A DNA stretch of 63,635 nt, counting the filler, from Octopus bimaculoides (Eukaryota), in the NCBI RefSeq assembly GCF_001194135.2. It is 6 parts of 5 records of this genome, joined end to end, with 100 filler letters (N's around TTAATTAATTAA, not from the genome) between each part and the next. Parts side by side here need not be neighbours in the genome. Positions count along the whole stretch, not along the records: positions 38,644 to 58,445 come from NC_068990.1; positions 58,546 to 61,502 come from NC_068986.1; positions 61,603 to 63,635 come from NC_068982.1; 3 more parts are not named here. One strand, given 5' to 3'. The notes beneath the pieces are model-generated. The model ran no database searches. It was not told where the DNA came from and saw only the letters and a program-made list of their open reading frames with translations. Of this stretch, positions 48,310-61,929 are shown piece by piece. Both the position numbers and the translations under genes were made by a program. Numbering within the stretch: the stretch's first letter is position 1; every line of letters starts with the position of its first letter.

Positions 48310-48680
48310 TAAGATTTTCTTATTTCTTTACTGTCCACAAGGGGCTAAACGTAGAGGGGACGAACAAAGACAAACAAAGAAATTAAGTCGATTACATCGA
48401 AACGCAAAGACAGACGAAATACCGCTGACGGTGTGCTAACGTTTCTTATTTCTTTACTCCCCACAAGGGGCTACACACAGAGGGGACAAACAAGGACAGA
48501 CAAACGGATTAAGTCGATTATATCGACTCCAGTGAGTAACTGGTACTTAATTTATCGACCCCGAAAGGATGAAAGGTAAAGTCGACCTCGGCGGAAATTG
48601 AACTCAGAACGTAAACACAGACGAAATACCACTAAGCATTTCACCCGGCGTGCTAACGTTTCTGCCAGCTCGCCACCTTA
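48310..48680 (-). mobile_element. Two adjacent or nested SINE family B pieces
   Basis: The tail TTTCTTTACT..CCACAAGGGGCT occurs twice (48320 and 48450), followed by a full head ending GCTCGCCACC. Confidence 0.85.
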
Positions 48681-48977
48681 GGGAAATCATTTATACCCCT
48701 GAGTGAACCGGAGCAACGTGAAATAAAGTGTCTTGCTCATGAACACAACACACAACCCGGTCCGGGAAACGAACTCACTAACTCATGATTGTGAACCCGA
48801 CGCTCTAATCACCGAGCCACTCGCCTTCAAATATTGTATTGTACTGAGATCAAATCTCCCTGTAGTCTGTTTCATTTTCCATCCCTGTCAGTGACATTAC
48901 ACATACACACACAGACACAGACACACACGCATGATGATGAATATCTATCTATCTATCTATCTATCTANNNNNNNNNN

Positions 48978-49033
<56 letters not shown>

Positions 49034-49040
49034 CTACCGA

Positions 49041-49077
<37 letters not shown>

Positions 49078-49349
49078 TCTCTAGTCATGTAAGAGAATAG
49101 ATATAATTTCCTAGCAAAATTGGCGGAAGGACATAAACTTGTGCCAAAGTTAGAAGGTAATAATTAAAGATGGAATGGCAGAGGAATGATAGAAATAATT
49201 CTATTATGCTCCTAAATCCGGTAGAGCCATCTTTATGTATGGAACCGTCTATGGTTGCACGAAAGGAGATAAGTTCAGCTAAAATAGTTATATTGACTGT
49301 ACATAGATTCAGCAGAAAATCTGAGAAAGGGAAAGAAAGAACGAGAGCA

Positions 49350-49381
<32 letters not shown>

Positions 49382-49582
49382 GGAAAGAGAGAGATAAGTC
49401 AAAGTTCATATATTTTAACATATGTCTGTTGTTCATTTACAAATATTACTTGCTTTGTATAAAAAAATGTATATATTGAGTTTTCTTTCTTTCTGTCTTT
49501 CTTCATTTCTTTCTTTCTTCCTGCCATTTTTCTTTCTTTATTTCTTTCTTTCTTTCTTTACGTATATGTGTGTGTATATATA

Positions 49583-49618
<36 letters not shown>

Positions 49619-50394
49619 CACATATATTTACACGTGTGTGTGTGTGTGTATGTGCACATATATGTTTTCTTTATTTCTTTCTTTCTATCTTTCTTTCTGT
49701 CTTTCTTTCTTTCTTTCTTTGACTTTTTTCTTTCTTTGACTTTTTTCTTTCTTTCTTTCTTTGACTTTTTCTTTCTTTCTTTGACTTTTTCTTTCTTTCT
49801 TTCTTTACGTATGTGTGCGTGTGTGTATATATGTATGTGTATGTGTGGGTGTGTATACACACATATATTTACACATATATGCGTGTGTGTACATATATAT
49901 GTGTGTACACACAAACACACACACATACGTAAAAATGTGTGTGTATGAAGCCAATATATGCGTCTATAATCCATGTATTTGTGTGTGTAAACGCGTGTAT
50001 GGAGGCATATATGTGTGTGAGAGGCTATCTGACATATGGGTGTTCTAGGAGAATGTTAAGTGTGTCGCACAGGATAGAGGGGTTGGGTGGAAATGAGATG
50101 AGGAAAGTGGTAGGTGTTGGGACGTGTGGGGTGAAAGTGTGGGTGCTTTTGTGAGTGTATGTGTGGAGTAGAGAAGTGTTGTGTCTACGTGTGAGGAGAG
50201 AAGGCGTGTGTGTCAGTGCGTGTGCATAAATATACGAGTATGAATATGCTGCCTGAATGGAAAAAGGGTGCGTGGTGCAGGGTAATAAGTTAAAGGTTGT
50301 GTGTATGGGGGTAGACGTCGAGGGAGCCGTAGGAAGGTAAGAGGTGTGTGGTGTGTGTAAATGTATGTGGAGGAGGAGTTAAAGTGAAGTGTGG

Positions 50395-50670
50395 TGGAGA
50401 ATTTAAACCGTGAGGTCCTGAAGTATGGAGAGAGAAAATGAATTTCTGCTCTAGACAGAGGCGGAAGTCCGGGTTGCCTTTGAGCGAGGTTGGTCCCAAT
50501 ACACATCGATGCTGCAAAGAATGACCAGTCGTGGGTGGGGGAATGACAAAAGACCGGGGTGTCATTGTCAAATCTGATGTTTCGAAGGTGTTCGGCAAAA
50601 CGGTCCGATAGGTACCGACCAGTTTGTCCAATGTACAGGGAGTGGCATGAGTGCAGATGATGAAGCAAAT
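50395..50670 (-). mobile_element. Penelope-like (Penelope/Neptune type) GIY-YIG endonuclease remnant
   Basis: CHSLYIGQTGRYLSDRFAEHLRNIRFDNDTPV and, after a frameshift, RLCLEQKFIFSLHTSGPHGLN. Confidence 0.9.
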
Positions 50671-51834
50671 TAAATTACTAAAAATGCAAGTGAATGAGTC
50701 GATTATGTGGTAGTCTCTTTATTTTTTTACTGGTAGTCTCTTGATTTTTTTTATGGGTGGGATTTAACTTCGTCGAAAAAATTTGTTTTGTTTTTCTACA
50801 TTAGCTGTTTGCTTCTGTACTAGAACTACGGCGGACAACTTTGCTCGTAAATGAAATCTGATACATATCATAGTTAAAATCCGTTTGTTGTAAACATTCA
50901 TTCTAGTCTTTGCTGAAGGATTATAATTTTTTAAAACTATTTATATATATCTTTAACAAATCTCCCCAAATAATACCTAAACAAATAGCTAAATGCATGA
51001 TTGATCTATTCTGGATTTTATTCAATGTTTGAATATTCCAGTTCTATACGTTCCGATATGTTTGATAAAATCGGTGGAATTTCAAAATAAAAGAAAATTA
51101 CCTTTGTATTATTCTGAAGATATAAGTTGAAAGTAGTATTCAGTTCACAGAGATCTTACTGCTAATAATAATGTAGCTTTCGCAATAAGAATATAATAGT
51201 TTATAGGAAAAAAAAAACACTAAGAATAATATACTTATTTTGGTTCTCATTCTTCTTTTTGCCCAAAAGGAGTGTCAGTTCATTACAATAGTTGTATCCT
51301 GGACGTTTTAGGAAATAGTTACAAGGAAAAAAGTATTTTAATTCATATACACAACAAAGCTTCGTTTCTCGTTAGAGCGAAAACAATCATCATCGTTCTG
51401 TAAAAGAAGTAGACTACGTATCGGGAATATACTGAACAAAGGAATGTTAATCACGGTGTGAGGCAGTTATATTTACGCGAGAAAATGCTTACAGCCATAT
51501 TAAAATGAAAGCAGGTAGTTTATGTACAAAAATGTAACAAAATTTCACCGCCGGGTTAAACCCTAATTTGTAAGATGGGAGTTTCAAATACGGATGAACT
51601 GTCATGCTTTTGAGAAGAAAGAACGGAAAGTATATTCTTCATAATTTTATTCACTCTAGATGATCTAATTTCTATTTCTATAGCTACACATGAAGTGCAA
51701 ATAATCTCTTTCTTCCACTGAACACTGCACGCAAATTATCTAATCTCGGTAACTACAGAAATATAATTATCTGGTATTAGATTTCTTCAGTGAAATTGTA
51801 TGTGTATGCAATTGCCTTTCACATACATACGTAC

Positions 51835-51865
<31 letters not shown>

Positions 51866-52893
51866 CATACATGCCTACATAAATACATTAATATATACGT
51901 ACATATATGCATACATACATACATACATGTATGCATACATACAAACGTACATACATGCATACATACATGTATTAACGCACTCACACAGACACATTATTTC
52001 AAAGTTAATCTACAGTGAGCTTCACCCTTATTTGGTCAGTTAACGACGGTCTGCTCTGGATTCGTGAGCCACCCAGTTAAGGGCGAAACTCAGATTAGAC
52101 TATCAACTTTGACGTAATAAATTGATAATAAAAAAATTCGACGAATACGACCGTAGCATCCTAAAAACAGTATCACGTCAAGGTAGGCCAAACACAAGGT
52201 GTACACAGATGCAGAAATAGCTGCAGTATCAATAACCTCACAGGCTACCAAACACTGTACTGAGATGTGCTTGACCACCAAGAGCTGCAGAGGAACTGAT
52301 CCATCATGATCCATTTTTGTTGAGGTTACCGCTACATGTGACGGCCGTCCAGTAAGAGATTGAATAGTGAAGACTGTAACACGCTCAGATTGTCACTCTG
52401 CATCCCAAAGGATACATCAAAAGATGGCGAAGCGTGAAGTATGATCCTTTGTATACGATAGATTCTTAATTAGCTAAAGTTTCGCTCGCAAACTAAGAAG
52501 TAAAAACCTAGCGAAAAAGGGAAGATAATATCGACACATTAAGAAGAAATTCAAAGTTGAATGAACATGTGAGAGAGAAATGCTGACGGAGCCAAAAATG
52601 AAGTGAAAAACATTTAACCATATCTGTTCGTCGACATTTTGAGAAAGATTGTGTTGGCCTTTTCTTAAACATCTTAATTCAATTGTAAAATTGTCTCCCT
52701 TGAATTGTCTTCACTTCTCATTCAAAGAACCAAAATCGTTGCTTAAGTGTTCTTTACCGTCTTTGATATTGAGTTAAATCAGAATAAACACTGTGTACGG
52801 CATTCCATGTAGACCCTCCTGATTCTGTTAACCAAATTTATGCGACTAGTAGTTTCGAGCTATTTCCTCTTGGCTCATTTTAGTTACATACAG

Positions 52894-52906
52894 ACATACT
52901 TTTTAG
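52894..52906 (+). CDS. Candidate micro-exon (13 nt; an alternative acceptor at 52884 gives 23 nt)
   Basis: TATTTCCTCTTGGCTCATTTTAG|TTACATACAG|ACATACTTTTTAG|GTATGT; ends in phase 2. Confidence 0.35.
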
Positions 52907-52951
52907 GTATGTGCGGTTAATGCACACGCATAGACGCCTACACACATACAC

Positions 52952-52983
<32 letters not shown>

Positions 52984-54331
52984 TCGCACACAAAGTCTTC
53001 TTCATAACTTGTCCTTTCCACCGTCTCTTTTATTACTTAACCAATAAAGAAGCCGTCTATCATACAACTTCTTTTCCTTTCTGAATNNNNNNNNNNNNNN
53101 NNNNNNNNNNNNNNNNNNNNNNNNNNNNNNNNNNNNNNNNNNNNNNNNNNNNNNNNNNNNNNNNNNNNNNNNNNNNNNNNNNNNNNNNNNNNNNNNNNNN
53201 NNNNNNNNNNNNNNNNNNNNNNNNNNNNNNNNNNNNNNNNNNNNNNNNNNNNNNNNNNNNNNNNNNNNNNNNNNNNNNNNNNNNNNNNNNNNNNNNNNNN
53301 NNNNNNNNNNNNNNNNNNNNNNNNNNNNNNNNNNNNNNNNNNNNNNNNNNNNNNNNNNNNNNNNNNNNNNNNNNNNNNNNNNNNNNNNNNNNNNNNNNNN
53401 NNNNNNNNNNNNNNNNNNNNNNNNNNNNNNNNNNNNNNNNNNNNNNNNNNNNNNNNNNNNNNNNNNNNNNNNNNNNNNNNNNNNNNNNNNNNNNNNNNNN
53501 NNNNNNNNNNNNNNNNNNNNNNNNNNNNNNNNNNNNNNNNNNNNNNNNNNNNNNNNNNNNNNNNNNNNNNNNNNNNNNNNNNNNNNNNNNNNNNNNNNNN
53601 NNNNNNNNNNNNNNNNNNNNNNNNNNNNNNNNNNNNNNNNNNNNNNNNNNNNNNNNNNNNNNNNNNNNNNNNNNNNNNNNNNNNNNNNNNNNNNNNNNNN
53701 NNNNNNNNNNNNNNNNNNNNNNNNNNNNNNNNNNNNNNNNNNNNNNNNNNNNNNNNNNNNNNNNNNNNNNNNNNNNNNNNNNNNNNNNNNNNNNNNNNNN
53801 NNNNNNNNNNNNNNNNNNNNNNNNNNNNNNNNNNNNNNNNNNNNTATATATATATATATGCATACACACACACACACACAAACACATATTATATATACAT
53901 ATATACGTCTACACACATATATACTTACACAACATATACATACATGCACATAGACTCCTGCAAATAAAATATAGTGCACACTGAACGCTTATATGACATT
54001 AGTAAAGGTCATTTATAATCATCTATATACATTAATATAGACGTGTAAATACAACTTATACATTTATAGGGAGGTTTGCTAAAAAAACAAAAAAACAAGG
54101 TGTGCGTGTACAGGTGTGTGTGTGCTTGGAGACAGACCGAATAGCTGTAGGTCTGCCAGATCAGGTAAGAAAATGGACGGATAGACAACACCCAAATTGA
54201 TGGCAATAGCAGCCAAAAGGCGGGTCTACGGTTTTGCGGCTTATGGCAAAAAACAGAATGACACGACTGGCGATTGAAGTAACTTGAAATACATACATGC
54301 ATGTGTGTGTGTGTGTGTGTGTGCGTATACA

Positions 54332-54362
<31 letters not shown>

Positions 54363-55939
54363 GTACATACATGCATACATGCATACATACATATATATAT
54401 ATNNNNNNNNNNNNNNNNNNNNNNNNNNNNNNNNNNNNNNNNNNNNNNNNNNNNNNNNNNNNNNNNNNNNNNNNNNNNNNNNNNNNNNNNNNNNNNNNNN
54501 NNNNNNNNNNNNNNNNNNNNNNNNNNNNNNNNNNNNNNNNNNNNNNNNNNNNNNNNNNNNNNNNNNNNNNNNNNNNNNNNNNNNNNNNNNNNNNNNNNNN
54601 NNNNNNNNNNNNNNNNNNNNNNNNNNNNNNNNNNNNNNNNNNNNNNNNNNNNNNNNNNNNNNNNNNNNNNNNNNNNNNNNNNNNNNNNNNNNNNNNNNNN
54701 NNNNNNNNNNNNNNNNNNNNNNNNNNNNNNNNNNNNNNNNNNNNNNNNNNNNNNNNNNNNNNNNNNNNNNNNNNNNNNNNNNNNNNNNNNNNNNNNNNNN
54801 NNNNNNNNNNNNNNNNNNNNNNNNNNNNNNNNNNNNNNNNNNNNNNNNNNNNNNNNNNNNNNNNNNNNNNNNNNNNNNNNNNNNNNNNNNNNNNNNNNNN
54901 NNNNNNNNNNNNNNNNNNNNNNNNNNNNNNNNNNNNNNNNNNNNNNNNNNNNNNNNNNNNNNNNNNNNNNNNNNNNNNNNNNNNNNNNNNNNNNNNNNNN
55001 NNNNNNNNNNNNNNNNNNNNNNNNNNNNNNNNNNNNNNNNNNNNNNNNNNNNNNNNNNNNNNNNNNNNNNNNNNNNNNNNNNNNNNNNNNNNNNNNNNNN
55101 NNNNNNNNNNNNNNNNNNNNNNNNNNNNNNNNNNNNNNNNNNNNNNNNNNNNNNNNNNNNNNNNNNNNNNNNNNNNNNNNTATATATATATAGACGCAAA
55201 CATATATATATACATATATACATATATATATATACATATATATGTATATATACATACATACATATTGTATAAAATCAAACAATGGCGCCTAAAGGACATC
55301 ATGGTCAATAAACCCCGGAAGAACCATCATACCACCCAAATCCGGCACGTGCTTCCTAAGGCTACCACACCTTGACGACATGGCCAAGAGAATGCATACA
55401 CTATATTGGTTTAAAACCTTTTGTCGTTAGCTTACGACTTTTTCTGGATAGATCGTTATCTGATGTGGGTTGCGAAACAGTACAAGTCATAGAGTTGAAT
55501 GTAATGATATACACGAACGTTAAAAATAAATATACAAATAACCAAGGCAAAAACAAACAAAAAACAGAAAAAAAAAACAATATAAAAACAGAATAAAAAA
55601 CAGAAAGAACAGATGTACTTTAATTTTTGAATATATTGTAAACCTAATCTGTATTAAGTCTGGCGCATTTTACACTTGTAAATGTAAATTCGTAAATTAA
55701 CTTTCATCTTTTAGTTTTCTTGAATATTTTTAATCCCTTTTTTTTAAATTGGTAACTCATTTATTATTTTTTATGCTTTGTTTCTCGATGCAATCAACAA
55801 ATCTATTATTTATTTAATAAGCGATGGAGTCGGCGTGGTTGTTATTTATTTCATGGGCGAAATCTCATATGGTTTTTGCCAAGACGCTTGATAATGTATT
55901 CATTGCTAATTAGATTTGTTGTAATCCGTGTTACTGCAG

Positions 55940-56021
55940 TGCTGGAGGCTATATTACGGACAGAATGCTATACATTTTGTACTTTATTATATTTATAGAA
56001 ACATTAATTTTCTGTATTTAA
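55940..56021 (+). CDS. Candidate terminal exon with a GPI-signal-like hydrophobic tail
   Basis: GTGTTACTGCAG|T GCT GGA..., giving AGGYITDRMLYILYFIIFIETLIFCI* in phase 2. The other two frames are also open for 19 or more codons. Confidence 0.35.
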
Positions 56022-56595
56022 ATACATTCTCATACTCTAGACTAACGTGGCGTTTTTATTATCTTTAAATGAGATTAACACCGAGCAATTTAATTTTAAT
56101 TTTTCTCTACTTCATTAGTGGATTCTTGTACAGAGTTGTTTACAAACTATTAATTTATTTAAATGCTTAATGCCTTTAAATGCCACTTATAAGTTAAAAC
56201 GATTCTACAATAAATATATTTAAAGTTAATGAGAGACGACTGGTAGTTTGTTATTTTATCGACAACGAAGTGGGAAAAATGGCGGGGATAGGATTTAGAA
56301 GTTGGAAACTAAACACCACTAGCTATTTTGTCTAACACTCTACTTTCTGTTCTGAATAAATTCATGAAAAATAATGACTGTGATAACTGCTTCTCTCATA
56401 AACACAAAACCATTTCTTTTATTGACACTAAGACCCAACACAGTTCAGCACTACGAATTAAAAACAGTAACTAGCAAAGATACGAAGAGCAGAGCTGCGC
56501 TTTGGGAAGAAAAAAAATAACAAAACAAAAACAAAATGGAAAATAACACAAAAAAATAAAACTGTACTGAAGAAATGATGATGATGATGATGATG

Positions 56596-56658
<63 letters not shown>

Positions 56659-56659
56659 T

Positions 56660-56870
56660 TTTCTATTAAAGGCACAAAGCTTGAAATTTTGGAGGAGGGG
56701 ACTAACCGGTTACATCGACTCCAGTGCGTAACTGGTACTTAATTTACCGACCCCGAAAGGACGAAAGGCAAACTCGACCCAGGTGGAATTCGAACTCAGA
56801 ACATAAAAACGGACGAAATACCGCTAAGGATATCGTCCGGCATGCTAACGATTCTCCCAGCTCGCCGCCT
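56660..56870 (-). mobile_element. SINE family B followed by (TAC)n
   Basis: Reverse complement of the family B consensus. Confidence 0.9.
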
Positions 56871-56902
<32 letters not shown>

Positions 56903-57149
56903 ATAATAGCGGTTCTGAGTTAGGCAAAACGTTTGCAAGTTTGAGAGGAGAGGGTACCCTCAACTGGTACCCTCAACTGGTACTCTCAACTGGTATTTTC
57001 ATTTGTCAACCTCAAGAGGTTGAAAGGCAAAGGACTTGAACTCAGATTGCAAAGAGCCGGAACGAATGCTGCAAAGCGTTTCTTCCGATACTCAAACGAT
57101 TCTGCCAATTCTTCGTCTTAAATCCTACTCATAATGATGTTATTAATAA

Positions 57150-57185
57150 TATGATGATGATGATAATGGGGATGAGACGACGAGA

Positions 57186-57272
<87 letters not shown>

Positions 57273-57312
57273 GTGATTACGATGATGGTGATGATGATGA
57301 TGATGATGGTGG

Positions 57313-57364
<52 letters not shown>

Positions 57365-57392
57365 GGTGAAGAGATGATTATGGCGATGATGA
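57150..57392. repeat. (GAT)n microsatellite with GGT variants
   Basis: Read directly; it is the source of the poly-Met ORF. Confidence 0.95.
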
Positions 57393-57753
57393 AGTGACTG
57401 AGGAACAAGGTGTGTCTTTAGAAATCAGTTTTTATCGTCACTACAATTACACCATCGAAAATGTTCTTCTTGTGTTCTACACTGATTTATCGCTTGTTTA
57501 ACAAGAACATTTTCCAAACTAGTCTAGTTTATTTCTCGTTAAACAATAACAATATANNNNNNNNNNNNNNNNNNNNNNNNNNNNNNNNNNNNNNNNNNNN
57601 NNNNNNNNNNNNNNNNNNNNNNNNNNNNNNNNNNNNNNNNNNNNNNNNNNNNNNNNNNNNNNNNNNNNNNNNNNNNTATACATTAGCAAAACCAACCAGT
57701 GATTTCTCTACACGCATCATGGCATCATGGCATTAAAAAAAGAGAGTGAGTGT

Positions 57754-57797
<44 letters not shown>

Positions 57798-58134
57798 AGG
57801 AGAAAGAGAGAGAGAGAGAGAGATGGAAAGAGAGTGAAGCCCCACTCTAAAACAACAAACCAACAAACCGTCAAGAAAACACGAATAAAAACCAAAACGC
57901 AAATCTTGTTTAACAAGACATTTTCCGCTTCTGTAGCGTAGTTAGGTCTTTCAACATACTCCTGTATAAACATAGCCAAAGCTGTCACTATACAGACAAT
58001 TCTAGTTTTAAACACGCTGTTATTTCTTCCTCCATTGAATAGATGTGAATAAATAGGTATTTACTATGCTTCTTTTTCTTCTCTTTCCTCACTAGCTCAA
58101 ACTATTACAATTTCGTTTCGTTTATTATTTTTTC

Positions 58135-58166
<32 letters not shown>

Positions 58167-58381
58167 CAGACATATACTTACAGCCTCCTCCCCACCGCTC
58201 TATGTTTTCTCTCTCTCTCCAATACAGCAATGTCTGAAATTTACGTAGCAGATCCCAGCGGGTAAATAAATAGATTCGCTTATAATTTTATAGATTTATC
58301 ACAGATATAGACGCGACAATTGTCTACATTTAAGACTGTGTAATACAAGCAAATATAAGATACAGAGATTAAAGAGTGAAG

Positions 58382-58445
<64 letters not shown>

Positions 58446-58549
58446 NNNNNNNNNNNNNNNNNNNNNNNNNNNNNNNNNNNNNNNNNNNNTTAATTAATTA
58501 ANNNNNNNNNNNNNNNNNNNNNNNNNNNNNNNNNNNNNNNNNNNNTTAT

Positions 58550-60316
58550 AAAATAGCACCTACTCTGCGAAACTTCTTATCTGTAGATATGAGATCATAG
58601 AAAAATACACTGACTTTAAATAGGGACACTGAAACTTTGAATACTGGGGATGTAAGAATTTCATGTGACATTTTACAAAGTGACTCTCTATCACCACTCC
58701 TCTTTTGTCTAGCCTTAATATCGCTTTCGAAATTGCTCGATGATGTACAATATGGTTATAAGATATTTGATGAAAATATAAATCATCTCATTTACATGGA
58801 TGATTTAAAGCTCTTTGTAAAAAGTGACCAACAACTACAGGGCTTACTTGTAGTTGTAAAACAGTTCAGTGAAGACATCAACATGGGATTTGGCCAAGAT
58901 AAATGCGCAAAAGCTCCCTTTATCAGAGGGAAAATGATAGAAACACACAATGTTAAACTTGACCAACAGAATATTATAAAAGAGTTAGAATCAGAGGAGA
59001 GCTACAAATACCTAGGGATATTTGAAAGTGATGGAATGAAACATTCAATGACAAGGGAAAAGATCAGAATGTTATCGCATGGTGAGGGCAGTACTCAGAC
59101 AGAGCTAAGCGCAAGAAACAGGATTGAAGCGATAAATACTTCAGCCATACCGTTCTTGACTTACAGTTTTTATTAACTGGTCAATTATTGAAATCTGTAA
59201 TCTTGACAGAAAAATACGAAAATTGTTGACAATAAATAGAATGCACCACCCTAAGCTAGATACAGAACGACTTTACCTGCGAAGAAAATAGGGTTGCTGT
59301 GGACTTTTACAACTGGAATTGACAATGAAGATTGCCACAATTGGCCTAAACACTTACTGAAAGGCTCTAATGACTCGATACCAAAACTTGTCTTAAAGCG
59401 TGAAAATAAGAAAACCTCGTACTCAGTAACAAAACAAGCAAAGAAATATCTAAGCGAATTCCAAATACAAATCCTAGAATTAGACGTACTGGAAACAAAC
59501 AGAAAAAGCTAATCGTACGAAAACCCTTTCTAAAACTGCTGCCTTAGATATTCTTACTGATAAATAGCAAGAAAAACTTCTCAATGGCAAATATGCAAAG
59601 GAAGCTAATAATGCTGATGTTGACAAAGCCCTTACCCATCGATGGCTAGTGTCATCTGGCTTAAAATCAAAGACAAGAGGGTTTATCATAGCAGCTAAAG
59701 ATCAATGCCAATCTACAAGCTACTAAGCCAATATCTTAAAGAACGGCGGTAGCCCAAAATGTTGCGTATATAAACAACAAAATGAAACCATCGATCATGT
59801 TGTCGCCATGTGTAGCCTTCTTGCGCGTACAGAGAATCTCAGCAGGCATGATAGAGCAGCACAGTATATTCGCTTTGCAAAGACTTTGACCTGCCTCATG
59901 ATAAAAACTGGTGGGAACACAAACAACCTCAAGTGCTTGAAAATGATCATATCTCACTCATTTGGAATTTTACTGTTCAAACTGACAGAAAGATTGATGC
60001 AAATAGGGTAGATATATTGAAGGATTTCAGACAAAAATCATGCCTCCTCATCGATATGACTGTCCCAATCGACATAAATGTATCTGACAAGACCTACCAA
60101 AAACTGGGCAAGTATAAAGATCTTGAAACAGAAATTGGCAAAATGTGGAACTGCAAGACTAAAACAATACATGTTGTCATAGGTACCCTATGAATGATAG
60201 TAAAAGGGGTTGAATGGTACCTATATCAGATACCAGGTAATCCCACAATGGAAGAAATTTTATAAATAGTGCTCATAGAAACTGTTCATATCCTACGAAA
60301 AATATCGTCTGTGTAA
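58550..60316 (+). mobile_element. R4/Dong-clade LINE, RT plus RLE, degenerate and 5'-truncated by a gap
   Basis: ILQSDSLSPLLFCLAL...INHLIYMDDLKLF...YKYLGI (RT); HETIDHVV..C and RHDRAAQYI (Zn-knuckle region); LLIDMTVPID...KYKDLETEIGKMW...VVIGTL (RLE). Confidence 0.95.
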
Positions 60317-61018
60317 TTCCCAAAACATTTTAATCTGTAAACATTGTCAAAGTACTTTTAAAGGTACATAATAGCAAACCCAAAATATGGCACCCTAGTC
60401 ATAACTTGAACATGTTGTCTCTTGAAGTCTCTGGATGAGACTTGGAGTCAACTTGTACAAATACAAAGCAAAAGCCACCAGGCAGTGGCTCTCATGGCTT
60501 CTGATCTTAACTGATTGGAAGTGTTGTCATTGTTTTGTCTTGGTATCAAAGATGAGCTACAATAAATATTCTGCTCAATACCACAGATTTGCTTGTCAGT
60601 TGTTTAACCATAACCAGTTGAGCATGACCCTTGGTGGCTGACGATATGTGCATCTCTGATCACGAGCAGAAGTACTGGGGGAGCATCATAGTCATGTGTT
60701 GAGAGAAATTTGGGGGGGGGGGGGTTGAATAAATTCACTTCTGGAAACATGGGTGTTTCGTTCATCATCTTTAAACAAACTTTATTCAGGGATCTTTTGA
60801 ACCGGATAGGCTACTCGACCTGAAGAAAATTCTAACTGGGTTCCACCTGCAAGGTCATGCGCTGTTTATTTTGACAGTAGATCACCATGTCGCGCACATA
60901 TGATTGTGATGCATGTGCTTTATGTACCCTTATCAGACGAGTAGTCATGATAGGTATATTGGGTTTCGTATAATTGTACCCCAGTGTCACTTTGATGGCG
61001 TGCACTGCTCTCTCGCTC

Positions 61019-61054
<36 letters not shown>

Positions 61055-61069
61055 GGTGATGGTTTCAAA

Positions 61070-61446
61070 TTTTGCCACAAGGGTAGCAATTTTGGGGTAA
61101 GGGATGAGTCGATTACATCAACTGGTACTTATTTTATTGACACCGAAAGAATGAAAGGCAAAGTCGACCTCGGCGGAAATTAAACTCAGAACGGAGCGAC
61201 GGGCGAGATACCTATTTCTTTACTGCCCACAAGGGGCTACACATAGAGGGGACAAACAAGAACAGACAAACGAATTAAGTCGATTATATCGACCCCAGTG
61301 CGTAACTGGTACTTAATTTATCGACCCCGAAAGGATGAAAGGCAAAGTCGACCTCGGCGGAATTTGAACTCAGAACGCAGTGGCAGACGAAATACCGCTA
61401 AGCAGTTCGCCCGGTGTGCTAACATTTCTGCCAGCTCGCCGCCTTA
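61070..61446 (-). mobile_element. SINE family B, two overlapping copies, followed by (TAA)n
   Basis: GAAAGGCAAAGTCGACCTCGGCGGAA occurs at about 61153 and 61337. Confidence 0.9.
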
Positions 61447-61448
61447 AC

Positions 61449-61502
<54 letters not shown>

Positions 61503-61619
61503 NNNNNNNNNNNNNNNNNNNNNNNNNNNNNNNNNNNNNNNNNNNNTTAATTAATTAANNNNNNNNNNNNNNNNNNNNNNNNNNNNNNNNNNNNNNNNNN
61601 NNTATATATATATATATAT

Positions 61620-61845
61620 ATTTGTGTGTGTATCTGTGTGTGTGTTTGTCTGTGTCTGTGTTTGTCCCTCCACCTCGCTTGACAACCGATGTTGGTGTGT
61701 TTACGTCCTCAAAAACTAGTGGTTCGGCGAAAGAGACCGATAGAGTAAGTACTAGTCTTACAAAGAATAAGTCCTGGGGTCTTTGTTCGACTAAATGTGG
61801 TGCTCCAGCATGGCCGCAGCCAAATTACTGAAACAAGTAAAAGAA
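61620..61845 (+). mobile_element. SINE family A, 3' half
   Basis: GACAACCGATGTTGGTGTGTTTACGTC...GGTGCTCCAGCATGGCCGCAG. Confidence 0.85.
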
Positions 61846-61929
61846 TACTCAATACAATATGGATACATGAAAACACAAAAACCTTTCAAGAGGAATAGTT
61901 GGGGAATTAATAAGAATCATTATATCGGA

